From contig NC_057728.1 in NCBI RefSeq assembly GCF_004010195.1, positions 41,374,179 to 41,438,178 on the forward strand: DNA of 64,000 bases. The letters run 5' to 3'. The position numbers were made by a program, and so were the translations under genes. The notes below the pieces were generated by a model, which did not search any database, was not told the DNA's origin, and saw nothing but the letters and a program-made list of their open reading frames with translations. This document shows positions 25,143 through 37,450 of this stretch, in pieces. This stretch comes from Chiloscyllium plagiosum (lineage: Eukaryota). Positions within the stretch are counted from its first letter, which is position 1, and every line of letters begins with the position of its first letter.

Positions 25143-25559
25143 GTTTTGCCTTTTTTTATTAGTCTTGCTTCTATTTTTTTCATCAATTCATAATCCCCAA
25201 AACTAATGTTTGAAATGCATTTTTAAACAATAATATTGTTCTTTGTTATATTTTAATTGTAACTACTTTGATTACTTTCCCATTCTTCATTCCACGAAAA
25301 CTTCCACATGCACTGTCACCAAACTCTCCAACATTTGGCTTTTATCCAAATCTCTTACAGTGTCAGAAATTAATGGTCCATGAGTTAACAAATGCATTTA
25401 GAAAGTACTTTGTGCACTAAAAATGGAACTGCTTTAATATGGAGAAATAGATGGCTGCTCAAATGGCTACAGCCAGGTCAGAGAGGAGAACGGACATGAA
25501 AAAAGGATCTTCATAGGCCAAAAGGGACAAAGGCAGTAAAGTGCAGTTTTATATTCATG

Positions 25560-26758
25560 CTCCAGCAAAATCATGGCAAGATTTGACCAAATTTGGCATC
25601 AAGAAACCCCAGTAAAATGGGATAAGGGAGCAAACTCTGCTGGTTGAAATTATGTCTGGTATATACGAAAGATCGTCATGGTTGTTGGAGTTGAGTTATC
25701 TCAGCTCTAGGACATCTCTGCAGGAGCTGCTCAGGGTAGTGTCCTAAATCATTACATATTAGCTGCTTCATCAATGATCTTCCCTCCAATATAGGATCAG
25801 AAGTGTTTTACTAATGATTACATAATATTCAGTAGCATTCATGACCCCTCAAGTACTGAAGCAGTCCATTTTCAAATGCAGTAAATACCAGACATGTCAG
25901 ACCACCAATGCTTCACTAGTGGTCCACTGACTACGTCACCTAGCAAACTGATTAAATGTCTGCAGAAAAACACATCTGCTTGGCGAACGAATCTATGACC
26001 GCAAAAAAATCTCAACAATGTATAATCTTGGGCTGACAAGTGGCAAGTAACATTTATGCCATGCAAATGCAAGGTAATGACCAATAAGAACCAATCTAAC
26101 CACCATCCCTGAATCCCCTACTATCTACATCCTGGAGGGTTACCATTGACAAGAACCTGTGCCATATAAATACAGTGGCTACAAGAGCAAGTCAGAGGCT
26201 AGGAATACCGTGGTTAGTAACTTACCACCTGACTCCCCAATCCTGTCCACCATTTACAAGGCACAAGTCAGGAGTATGATGGAATACTCCCCTCTACCCT
26301 AGCACCAGCAACAGTCAAGAAGCTTGACACCATTCAGGACAAAGCACCCTGACTGATTAGCACCACATCCACAAGTATCCACTTTTTCCACGACTGACGC
26401 TCTGTAGCAGCAGTGTGTACTACCTACAAGATGCATGCAGAAGCCTACCAAAGATCATTGGACACAAGCTTCTAAACCCATGACCACTTCCAAGGGCAAG
26501 GGCAACAGATACTTGGAATACTGGCAAATTGTTCTCCAAGCCACTCAACATCCTGACTAGGAAGTAATTTGCCATTCCTTCACTGTTGCTGAATCAAATT
26601 CCTTGAATTCCCTCCCTAAAGGCATTGTGAGTCTGGCCACAGCACATGGTCTGCAATGGTTCAACAAAGTTGTTCACCATCACCTTATCAACAGCAACTA
26701 GAGATGGGCAAGAAATACTGGCCAGCTACACCCACATCCCACAAATGAATAAATAAAA
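25560..26758 (+). mobile_element. L2/CR1-superfamily LINE RT + 3' end remnant
   Basis: Degenerate GAAQGSVL...SCFINDLPS; tail CACATCCCACAAATGAATAA shared with the Deu SINEs. Confidence 0.7.
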
Positions 26759-26759
26759 T

Positions 26760-27262
26760 CTCAGTCTTAAATTGGCACCCCTTCATTCTGAGACTCTGCC
26801 CTCTAGTTCTAGACTCTCCCATGAGAAGAAACATTCAGCATTTGCCCTGTCAAGCCACTGAAGAAGCCTATATGTTCAAATGAGATCACCTCTCGTACTT
26901 CTAAACTCCAATGAGTAGAATCCCAATCTGTTTAGTCTTGCTGATAATACAATCCTTCCATACCAGGGATCATCCTAGTGACCCTTCTCTGAACTGCCTC
27001 CAAGGAAATTATATCCTTCCTTAAATAAGAGGACCAAAAATGCTGATCGTACTCCACATGGGGTCTCACTAGAACTTTGTACAGTTGCAGTAGGCTTCCC
27101 TACACTTATACTCCAACACCCTTGAAATAAGAGCCAACATTCCATTTGCCAATGGTTATCTGGAGTAGATGGGAATATAGAATTCAAAATAAACAGGTAA
27201 GCTATGATCTTACAGAATGTTGCAGCAGGCCCAAGGGGCTAAATTATCTAGTTCTTCTATAT
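26760..27262 (-). mobile_element. CR1 fragments
   Basis: Degenerate CR1 RT C-terminal sequence. Confidence 0.65.
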
Positions 27263-27425
27263 TGTAAACTTGTACATAGCTTAACAAGAGAGTATTTTTT
27301 CAAAAGTGGGAACAATCTGCTGTGCAGTTCTTATGTGCAGTTTATTTTTAGAAGCTTTCCTTCCAATGGAAGGAGATAAAACTAACATTGTTTTGAGTTG
27401 GAAGAAAACAAAAACAAAAAAATTG

Positions 27426-27722
27426 GGGCAGCGCAATGGCTCATTGGTTAGCACTGTTGTCTCACAACACCAGGGACCTAGGTTCAATTCCAGCCTCAGG
27501 CGATTGTCTTCCCGTGTTTGCATGGGTTTTTTTCCAGATGCCCAACAACATGCAGGTTAGGTGGATTGACCATAGTGTCCAGGGATGTGTAAATTAGGTG
27601 CATCATCTCAGGGAAATGCAGGGTTACAGGCATCGGTGGGGTGTAAGTCTGGGGTGCTCCTCAGAGAGTAGGTATGAACTTGTTGGGTTGAATAGCCTGT
27701 TTCCATTCTGTAAGATTCTATG
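27426..27722 (+). mobile_element. tRNA-derived SINE (older HE1-related)
   Basis: TGGCTCATTGG box A, GGTTCAATTCC box B, GATTCTATG tail. Confidence 0.75.
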
Positions 27723-27794
27723 AAACCAAGTATTTTCAAAACAACCCCAGTAGGGGTCTACAGACAGGCAAACAGCTTTTACCAGTTTTATTTT

Positions 27795-28108
27795 TTTCTT
27801 TATTCATTCACAGGATGAGGACATTGCTGGCTAGACAGCATTAATTACACATACCTAACTGCCTGGAGTCAATTAGATTATTGTGGGTCTGGTGTCACAT
27901 GTAGGCCAGACCAGGTAAGGATGGCAGTTTCCTTCCCTAAAGGACATTAGTGAACCAAATGGATATTTCCGACAATCAACAATGGATTCGTGGTCATCAT
28001 TAGACTCTTAACTCCAGATTTCTTTTATGAATTAAAATTCCATCATGTGCCATGGCAGGATTTGAACCTAAGTCCCAAGAACATTATCTAGATCTCTGGA
28101 TTAACAGT
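27795..28108 (-). mobile_element. Deu-domain SINE (SacSINE1-like)
   Basis: Homologous to 2320-2655. Confidence 0.65.
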
Positions 28109-28334
28109 ACTTACAGGAAGCCTTATTATAAAATAATCTCGAACTTCCACAGCGAACTTTCAATTCAATGTTTTAAAGAAATAACTACTATTGTTTCCAC
28201 TTAACCTTGAAATCAATCAACATTCCAGTACCTTTACTACATAAGTTTTCCAAGTACAGTATATTAAATATAAAATGGCTTTTTACATGTGCACCTTTGG
28301 AAATAAAATGAAATATTTTTCAATGCAATCGGTT

Positions 28335-30155
28335 CCAAGTGATCGATTGTGTTAGGGGACTCTCTAGTCCAAGGTACAGACACGTTTCTGTGGCCAGCAG
28401 CGAAAAATCAGAATGGTGTGTTGCTTCCCTGGTGCCAGGATCAAGGATGTCTCAGAGAGGGTGCAGAATGTTCTCAAGAGGGAGAGGGGCCAGCAGGAGG
28501 TCATTTTATACATTGGAACCAACAACATAGGGAAGGAAAAGGTTGAGATTCTGAAGGGAGAATACAGAGAGTTGGGCAGGAATTTAAAAAGGAGGTCCTC
28601 GAGACTAGTAATTTCCTGATGCGACAAGCTAGTGAGAGCAGGAATAGGATGTTAGAGCAGATGAATGCATGGTGAAAGTGAGGACTGCAGATGATGGAGA
28701 TTAGAGTCCAGATTAGAGTGGTGCTGGAAAGGCACAGCAGGTCAGTCAGCATCCGAGAAGTAGGAAAATCGACTTTTCAGGCCCTTTATCAGCCTGAAAC
28801 ATTGATTTTCCTGCTCCTCAGATGCTGCCTAACCTGCTGTGCTTTTCCAGCACCACTCTAATCCAGATGAATGCATGGCTGAGGAGCTGGTTTATGGGAG
28901 AAGGATTCACACTTTTGGATCAATGGAAGTTCTTTTGGGGTAGAATTGACCTGTACAAGAAGGACAGGTTGCACCTAAATTGGAAGGGGATTAATATGGT
29001 GGCAGGGAAACTTGCTAGAGCTGCTAGGGAGGATTTAAGCTAGTAAGGTCGGGGGAGGTGTGACCCAGGGAGATAGTGAGAAAAGAGATCAATCTGAGAC
29101 TGGCACAGTTGAGAACAAAGGCGTCTCAAACAGTCAGGGCAGGCAGGAACAAAGCAAAGGACTAGGTAGGACTGATAAATTAAATTGCATTTATTTCAAT
29201 GCAAGAGGCTGAACAGGGAAGGCAGATGAACTCAGGGCATGGTTAGGAACATGGGACTGGGATATCATAGCAATTACAGAAACATGGCTCAGGGATAGAC
29301 AGGACTGGCAACTTAATGTTCCAGGATACAAATGCTACAGGAAGGACAAAAAGGGAGGCAAGAGAGGAGGGGAGTGGTGTTTTTGATAAGGGATAGCATT
29401 ACAGTTGTACTGAGGGAGGATATTCCCATAAATATATCCAGGGAACTTAGTTGGATGGAACTGAGAAATAAAGGGATGATCACCTTATTGAGATTGTATT
29501 ACAGACCCCCTAATAGTCAGAGGGAAATTGAGAAACAAATTTGTAAGGAGATCTCAGCTATCTTTAAGAATAATAGCGTGGTTATGGTAGTGGATTTTAA
29601 CTTTCCAAACATAGACTGGGACTGCCACAGTGTAAGGGTTTAGATGGAGAGGAATTTGTTAAGTGTGTACAAGACAATTTTCTGATTCAGTATGTGGATG
29701 TACCGACTAGAGAAGGTGCAAAACTTGGCCTAGTGTTTGGAAATAAGGCAGGGCAGGTGACTGAGGTGTCAATGGGGGAGTACTTTGGGGCCAGTGACCA
29801 AAATTCAATTAGTTTTAAAATAGTGATGGAAAAGGATAGACCAGGTCTAAAAGTTGAAGTTCTAAATTGGAGAAAGGCCAATTTTGATGGTATGAGGCAA
29901 GAACTTTCAAAAGCTGATTGGGGGCAGATGTTCGCAGGTAAATGGATGGCTGGAAAATGGGAAGCCTTCAGAAATGAGATAACGAGAGTCCAGAGAAAGT
30001 ATATTGCTGTTAGGGTGAAAGAAAAGACTGGTAGGTATAGGGAATGTTGGGTGAATAAAGAAATTGAGGGTTTGGTTAAGAAAAAGAAGGAAGCATATGT
30101 GAGATATAGCAGGACAGATCGAGTAAATCCTTAGAAGAGTATAAAGGCAGTAGGA
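28335..30155 (+). mobile_element. CR1 LINE 5' remnant: ORF1 SGNH-esterase and ORF2 APE endonuclease
   Basis: MVCCFPGARIKDVSERV...YIGTNN; YFNARGL...DIIAITETWL...YYRPPNS...VDFNFPNIDW; Penelope-like insert 28673-28863 with 15-bp TSD CAGATGAATGCATGG. Confidence 0.9.
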
Positions 30156-30164
30156 GTGCCTCTG

Positions 30165-30620
30165 GATGAGTGGTGAGTTTGTGCTGCGATAGCAAAGGGT
30201 AGGACTGGGTTAGCATTGGATGATGAAAAGTTAGATAGGCTAGGCTTGTATCCTCTGACATTTAGGAGAGTTGACTTGATTGAAACATAATTTCTTGAGG
30301 GATCTTGACAGGGCAGACGCAGAGAAAATGTTTGCATTTATCGAAGAATCCACATCTAGGGTTTTGCAGCACAATAAGGGGGCTTCCACTTGAAGAGAGA
30401 TGAGACAACTTTTTTTCTTATAAATGATCATGAGTCTTTGGAACTCTCCTTGAAGTAGAGTCTTTAAATATTTTTGAGGAAAAGATTAATAGCCTTTTAG
30501 GAAAGGGATTGAAAAGTTATCAAAGCTAGGTGGGAACATGGAGTTTTGGTTAAAACCAACCATGACCTACTTGAAAAGTGGAGCAGGCTTGAGGGACCAG
30601 ATGGCCTACTCCTGACCCTT
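30165..30620 (+). mobile_element. Old CR1 3' fragment
   Basis: Degenerate C-terminal ORF2 and 3' UTR. Confidence 0.65.
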
Positions 30621-30708
30621 GATCATTTATCTGGAACACAGTCAAAGAGAAACTGCCACAGTGCAACTTTGCTTTCTTTCTCTTTCATTGAATGTCTTGC
30701 ATCAAAGT

Positions 30709-31048
30709 TTAAGAATTGTAAACGCACTGCAAGACTTTATCCTCGAACTCAGCACCGCCTTCCTAACTTGCAATCTTCTTCCTGACCTCTCCGCCCCCAC
30801 CCCACTCCGGCCTATCACCCTCACCTTGACCTCCTTCCACCTATCGCATTTCCAATCCCCCTCTCCCAAGTCCCTCCTCCCTACCTTTTATCTTAGCCTG
30901 CTGGACACACTTTCCTCATTCCTGAAGAAGGGCTTATGCCCGAAACGTCGATTCTACTGTTCCTTGGATGCTGCCTGACCTGCTGCGCTTTTCCAGCAAC
31001 ACATTTTCAGCTCTGATCTCCAGCATCTGCAGTCCTCACTTTCTCCTT
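30709..31048 (+). mobile_element. Penelope-like 3' portion with intact hammerhead core (30922-30949)
   Basis: CTGAAGA-A-GGGC-TTAT-GCCC-GAAA-C-GTC followed by the family terminus. Confidence 0.82.
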
Positions 31049-31630
31049 GCCATATAAATACACTGGCTACAGAAGCAGGTCAGAAACTTAGCCCTTGACA
31101 CGCCAACACATGTCCAGAATATACAAGGCAAAATTCAGGAGTGTGACTGAACAAACCCCATTTGTCTGGCAAGTGCAACACCAACAACACTCAAGAAGTT
31201 TGACACCATTCATAACTAAGCAGCTCACTTGAATGGTACCAAATCCACAACTATCCACTCCCTCCATCACTGACACTCAGTAGCAGCAGTGTGTGCCATT
31301 TACAACATGCACTGCTAAAATTCACCAAGGCCCCTTTGACAACACCTTCTAAATCCATGACCACTTTAATCTAGAAGGACAAGGGCAGCTGATACATGAA
31401 AATGCCATTAGCTGCAAGTTCCTCTCAAAGCCACTGATCACCCTGACTTGGAAATACATCACTGTTGCTTCTATTCTGGAACTCCCTTCCAAATGGCATT
31501 GTGGGTCTACCTAAATCAAATGGACTTCAGTGGTTCAAGCAGGCGGCTCAAGACCACCTTCACGAGGGCAACCAGGGGCGGGCAATAAATGATTGCCCAG
31601 GCAACGATGCCGATATCCCATGAGTGAAAA
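31049..31630 (+). mobile_element. L2/CR1-like LINE 3' remnant
   Basis: Homologous to 26160-26755. Confidence 0.7.
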
Positions 31631-32334
31631 TACAAACTTATTTCTGATACCGACTTTGTAAATCAATATATATAATTGGTAATGTCAGTTTTCTATTTAA
31701 TTTTAAATTCTGCTGTGGGCACTGCAGGACAAAGAAAGGAAACAGTCTACCCTCCTAATTTAGTCATAACAGATTCTTTCTTAATTTTTCCCCTGCCAAC
31801 GTTTATATTGCTCCACCAGTTAAACCAATTTCCCAGATTCATCTATTGCACTTGTCTTACCTTTATTTTTTTTTAAATCTTTTTAATTCTATTTTATTTA
31901 AAGACTATGGGGATGATTTTATTTTGTGATATTTGGCTTTGTGCAAATGGGAGCACTGGATGGAATAGCAGATATATTTAAGGCTTTTTTGCCTAGTTTT
32001 TGGGAGAGACATGAAGGTACTAGCCTTTTGATCTGAACTATCAGAGCTGCTAAGTTTTTCCAGCACTTGCTGTTTTTATTTCAGACTTCCAGCATTTGCT
32101 GTATTTTTCTTTGATTTTCATCTCATATTTTGAGTAGTGCCCCTGTTGCATGAAGCTTGATAATGCTGGTACCAGTGCATGAAATCTGCAATCTACCCAA
32201 ATTCCTACCAATGACATCACCAATATTAGACAACTATGTAAACAGTGTTATCCATATGCAAAATACTCATACAAATTACGTTGAATGCAAAGATCATTCA
32301 AAGTTTTACTCTACATAAATTCGGTTAAAATTTT

Positions 32335-33212
32335 TAGATTATGACACAAAGTTGAGTGGGAGGGTGAACTGTGAGGAGGTCACAGAGATGTTTCAATGTG
32401 ATTTGGACATGTTGAGTGAGTGGGCAAAATCCTGATAGATCAAGTGTAATGTAGACAAATGTGAGGTTATCCACTTTGGAAGCACATGGATAGACTATTA
32501 TTTGAATAGCAGATTGGGAAAGGAGGACGTGCAATGAGACTGGGTGTTCTTGTACACTATTTGTTGAATGTAATCATGTAGGTACAGCAGTCAGCCAAGA
32601 AGGTAAGTGGTTTGTCAGTCTTCATAGCAAAACAATTTGATTACATGAACAGGGATGTTTTGCTACAGTTGTACAGGGCTTTGGTGAGGTAACACCTTGA
32701 GTATTATGTGATACTTGTGTTTTGGTCTCCTTATCTGATGAAGGATGTTCTAGCTATGAAGAGAGTACAATGAATGAGATTGAATGCTGAGGTGGCAGGA
32801 CTGACAGGTACAATGAGAGGCTGGTTTGGTTAGGACTAAATTCTGTGGAGTTCAAACAAATGGAGAGGGATGAAGAATTCCAGAAGGACTTGACAAGAGT
32901 TTATGCAGGGCAGTTCTTGATGACCACAGAGTCCAAACTAGGGATCACAATTTAAAGATTTTATTTCTCCAGAGAGTGGTGTGCCTGCGGAATTCTTTAC
33001 CATAGAAAACAGTTGTGTCCAAATCAGCTACTGTTTTCAAAAAGTATATAGTTGGATATAGTTCTTAGGGCTAAAGAGATTAAAAGGCATAGAGAAAAAG
33101 TGGGAACAGGATTCTGAGTTGAATTATCAGCCATAATCATATTGAATGGCACAGCAAGCCCAAAGGGGTGAATGGGCCACTCATGCTCCTTTTTCCTATA
33201 TTTCTTATGTTT
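32335..33212 (+). mobile_element. Old CR1 3' fragment
   Basis: Degenerate DDTKLSG...KCEVIHFG; TTTCTTATG tail. Confidence 0.8.
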
Positions 33213-34314
33213 CATTAAAAAATCCAATGTCTGTTTGCAATATTGGCCTGAGGCCTAGAATTCACAAAATAAAGTACCCTTTGTTTGACCTTGATGTTTC
33301 CTAAGTACTGAAATAGCTTAAGAATTATTTGAACTTACCTATTTATAGTACTGCTTAGGAAGACAGAAGCTAGTTTAGGAAAAAAGCATAATGACTGTGT
33401 TTCAATTACCCTAAACAACATTGCAGGAGATCAATTTTATGTACAATTTAAAACAAATAAATGTTTGGCTCCCAAGCATGTAAATATGCTGAATGATGTA
33501 GAATTTTGCCAGTTTAGAGTCATCCCAAGCCGAATCTGTGATTTTGTTGCATTATCTTATTGTGGGTAAATCCCCTTTGATTCAGCCACTTATTCCTACT
33601 CAAGCACTGAAACAATGATTTAAACTTTACTGCATGTAGCAACCAAAATAAGAGCCTGCAAGTGAGCAGGTTAAACCCTCACAATCTAACTTGGTTATAA
33701 TTTGATTAAGGATGGAATCTGGCCAAGATTTCACCAACAGTGTCTGTGTCTGGAAATGTCTAGGGTTCAATCCTAGTACAGTGTTGTGCTTCAAAGTTCT
33801 GCTTATGACTTGATCTGTTATTAGATTCTTATACAATTTTCTCTCTTTCAAGGTTGTGGTGTGACATTATTGATGAATCAAATCATTCTTTCATTCCCAT
33901 TATTAAAAACATTTTTGAAGATGTCAAGCCTGTAGCTTGCCTTATCAATAGTAGCTGTCCTGTTCCTTGTTACATTCAGGCTTAGCTATCTGTTTAAACC
34001 ACAGTTTTTCCTGTAATTAACCCTTTTAATTCAAAACATTAATTCTACAGGCAGTCTTATTTGCCCATTTGACAGGAGGCAACAGGTTATCAAGCAGTTG
34101 TTATCTTCTCTCTCCCAAGAAACAGCTTGTTTATGTTGTTTAAACTCCTTCCCAGGGATGGTTAATTCACATGTTACTGACAATTCCTTTATAACAGTGC
34201 TTCCTTGTCTCTTTCATCTCAATAAGCAGTTTATTCCAGAAAGAGTTTTTGCTGATTCTATCCATGTACAACAGTATATCTTTGTTGATTCTTTCAATCC
34301 ATGAAGTTATTAAA

Positions 34315-34672
34315 GTTGAAGGGCTTTTGCCTGAAACGTCGATTTTCCTGCTCCTCGGATGCTGCCTGAACTGCTGTGCTTTTCCAGCACCACTCAAATC
34401 CAGAATCTGGTTTCCAGCATCTCCAGGCGACTCTCTGTGTGGAGTTTGCACATTCTCCCCGTGTCTGCGTGGGTTTCCACTGGGTGCTCCGGTTTCCTCC
34501 CACAATCCAAAATGTGCAGTTTAGGTGAATTGGCCTGACTAAATTGCCCGTAGTGTTAGGTGAAGGGGTAAATGTAGGGGAATGGGTCTGAGTGGATTGC
34601 GCTTCAGCGGGTTGGTGTGGACTTGTTGGGCCGAAGGGCCTGTTTTCACACTGTAAGAAACCTAATCTAATC
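34315..34672 (+). mobile_element. Penelope-like terminus fused to a 5'-truncated HE1-like SINE
   Basis: Junction at ~34425; AATCTAATCTA tail. Confidence 0.8.
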
Positions 34673-35191
34673 TAGTGCATCCTCAGAGAGGGTTTTCCTC
34701 AGTCTCTGCTGAGGCTGTGCATCTCAGAGGACTTGTTATGTGAATGCAGATTTCGCTGTTATGCAGGATTATTCACAGTGCATGCAGAATGTGTTATCTG
34801 TACTGAAGTTTGTATAAGTATGAAATTTCTCATATTTAAAATAATTAATTTTTGCAGAAAACATCTTTTGGCACAATTACATTAAACACCATAAAATTGA
34901 GTGAGCCAACAATTACACACTCAGCTGCTAGACCCCAAATTGATGTTGATCCTGTTGTTCAGAGCTGGGTCTCTTGTCCAAAAGTGGCTATTTGAACTCT
35001 GCATTTTTCATGCTATAAACAGAAGTGCTGCAATTAAAATCTCTATCACTGCATCCTGATTGAACACATCAAAGTAATCAAAAATGGAAAACAGCTTCTA
35101 ATGGTTTTACCCAAACCCTCTTGAGCTTGTGTATCCTCAGAGTTTTTCTCAGACCTTGCTGAGCTAGTGCATCCTCAGACAGGGTTTTCCT

Positions 35192-36075
35192 CAGTCATAG
35201 TCATAAAGATGTACAGCATGGAAACGGACCCTTCAGTCCAACTCATCCATGCCGACTAGATATCCCAACCAAATCTAGTCCCACGTGCCAGGACCCAGCC
35301 CACAACCCTCTAAACCCTTCCTATTTATATACCCATCCAGATACCTTTTAAATGTTGCAATTGTACTAGCCTCCACCACTTCCTCTGGCAGCTCATCCCA
35401 TACACGTACCACCACCTGCGTGAAAACGTTGCCCTGTAGGTCTCTTTTATATGTTTCCCGTCTCACCCTAAACCTATGCCCTCTAGTTCTGAACTTCCCC
35501 ATCCCAGGGAAAAGACTTTGTCTATTTACCCTATCCATGCTCCTCATAATTTTATAAACCTCTATAAGGTTACCCTCAGCCTCCATGCTCCAGGGTAAAC
35601 AGCCCCAGCCTATTCAGCCTCTCCCTATAGCTCAAATTCTTCAACCCTAGCAACATCCTTGTAAATCTTTTCTGAACCCTTTCAATTACACACAATATTT
35701 CACCAATGGCCTAACCAATGTCCTGTACAGCCGCAACATGATCTCCCAAATCCTGTACTCAATACTCCGACCAATAAAGGAAAGCATACCAAATGCCTTC
35801 TTCACTATCCTTTCTACCGGCGACTCCACTTTCAAGAACCTGCTCTCCAAGGTCTCTTTGTTCTGCAACACTCCCTAGGACCTTGCCATTAAGTGTATAA
35901 GTCCTGCTAAGACTTGCTTTCCCAAAGTGCAGCACCTCTCATTTATCTAAATTAAACTCCATTTGCCACTCCTCAGCCCATTGCCCACCTGATAAAGATC
36001 CTGTTGTAATTTGAGGTAACCTTCTTCGCTGTCCACAACACCTCCAATTTTGGTGTCAACTGCAAATTTAGTAAC
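35192..36075 (-). mobile_element. CR1 3' fragment inserted in the 42-bp array
   Basis: KFAVDTKIGGVVDSEEG...LYRTLVRPL...WDELPEEVVE. Confidence 0.92.
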
Positions 36076-36129
36076 TACCTCTCCTTGCTGAGCTAGTGCA
36101 TCCTCAGAGAGGGGTTCCTCAGTCCCTAT

Positions 36130-36762
36130 TGTTAGAAATGGGGTAAAAGTATTGTTTTTGCAGATGTAGAAAAAGCATACAGAAAAGTGGTACAGCAAGA
36201 GAACTACTAGCTCTGCAGGTATCTAGGGAAGAGTATCTCTACTTTTCAGTGCATAATTATGGATAATTAAGTACTAACTTTAATGTAGATTTATTAAAGA
36301 AAATAATTCCTTTTACCATAATATTTAAAACAACAGTTTCAGCAAAAAGCTAAGATTACTGAAACATATAAGCAAAGCACGAAAAAGATACATTGTTAAG
36401 ATGTATGTACAAGAATGGAATGTACCTAGGGATAATGAAAGAAGTTACAAAGGGGAACATTGAGATAAGAGTTTAGCCTTTTGACAGCACGTGCAAGGGG
36501 GAAATTGCCAACTTGGAAAGAAAGGGGCAATGGGTGTGGAGCATAGATAGGTAGAGGCGAAATAGTAAGAGAGATTGGGTAATTAGGAGTCTGGAGAGAT
36601 GACCTCACTCAGTTCAAAGGGTATAACTATACACTAACCTAAGTTCTAATTTGCTTTTATTTGCTTATGCAATTGAAGCCCTTACTTGCAAGTTCGTAAT
36701 AAATTGTCTTGTTTCCAGCTTTGGTGGTCTCCTCTAAATTTTATTGAATTTTGTTTCTAACA
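36130..36762 (+). mobile_element. Solo LTR (633 bp)
   Basis: Termini TGTTAGAAA...TTTCTAACA (9-bp inverted, TG..CA); 4-bp TSD-like CTAT/CTAC; AATAAA at 36698-36703; removing it restores a 42-bp unit. Confidence 0.72.
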
Positions 36763-36999
36763 CTACTGAGGTTGTTCATCTCAGAAAAGGTTTTCTTCAG
36801 TCCTATCTGAACTGGTGCATCCTCAGAGAGGGTTTTACTCAGTCCGTGCTGAGCTAGTACATCCTCAGGGAAGGTTTTTTTCCCCATTTCCTGTTGAGCT
36901 CGTGCATCTTCAGAGGGTTTTATCCAGTCCCTGCTGAGCTCGCGCATCCTTAGAGAAGGTTCTTCCCTGACCCCATTGGGTCCGTGCATTCTCAGGAAG

Positions 37000-37450
37000 A
37001 GCTTTCTGCCATCGCTCCAAGGCACGTGCAACCTCAGAGACGGTTGGAGATGGGCCACGGTAGCAGCGCGAGCAAGAAGGACTCGCGCTCTCGTCTCTCC
37101 GGCCTCGGGCGTCACGTGCACGAGCACTGGGCCTGGCGCGCATGCGCACAAGCCTCCCTCCTAATCCGGCCGTGATCCGGGAGGCCGAACAGTGATGAGG
37201 TGACGGGAGTCGGCGGAGTGTCCGAGTGAGTAAAATGTCGGCTTCTTGTGTGACAGGGTCACCCGTGAACGAAACGCCTAGTCGGAAAGGGAAGGGTGGG
37301 GGGAATCGGGATGTCATCTTGACGGCAAGGAGCTACCGAGCTTTAGGAGTTGGGAGAGTCTTTGTCGGAAAGTTTCTCTGGAGTGGGATGCCAGCTGACA
37401 GCTGCGGTTACCAGGGTGGAGGGCTCCTTCACCCGTCCCCAGCTCTATCC
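37000..37450 (+). promoter_or_regulatory. CpG island promoter with candidate first exon ending at 37225
   Basis: High CpG density; NRF1 palindrome GCGCATGCGC 37138-37147; CACGTG at 37023 and 37113; donor CGA|GTGAGT at 37226. Confidence 0.75.

Larger units (their letters stand above)
34672..37052 (+). repeat. Interrupted ~42-bp tandem array (~12 units; consensus CCTGCTGAGCTAGTGCATCCTCAGAGAGGGTTTTCCTCAGTC)
   Basis: Units at 34672-34730, 35103-35196, 36083-36129 and 36763-37052. Confidence 0.85.

Noticed and set aside
34672..37052. CRISPR-like repeat array
   Set aside because: No unique spacers, no cas genes, eukaryotic context
36741..37151. Minus-strand ORF with a 14-aa repeat (LSEDAxAQxGLxKT)
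   Set aside because: Units vary in length and shift frame, and the ORF ends in the solo LTR; better explained as translation of a non-coding 42-bp array
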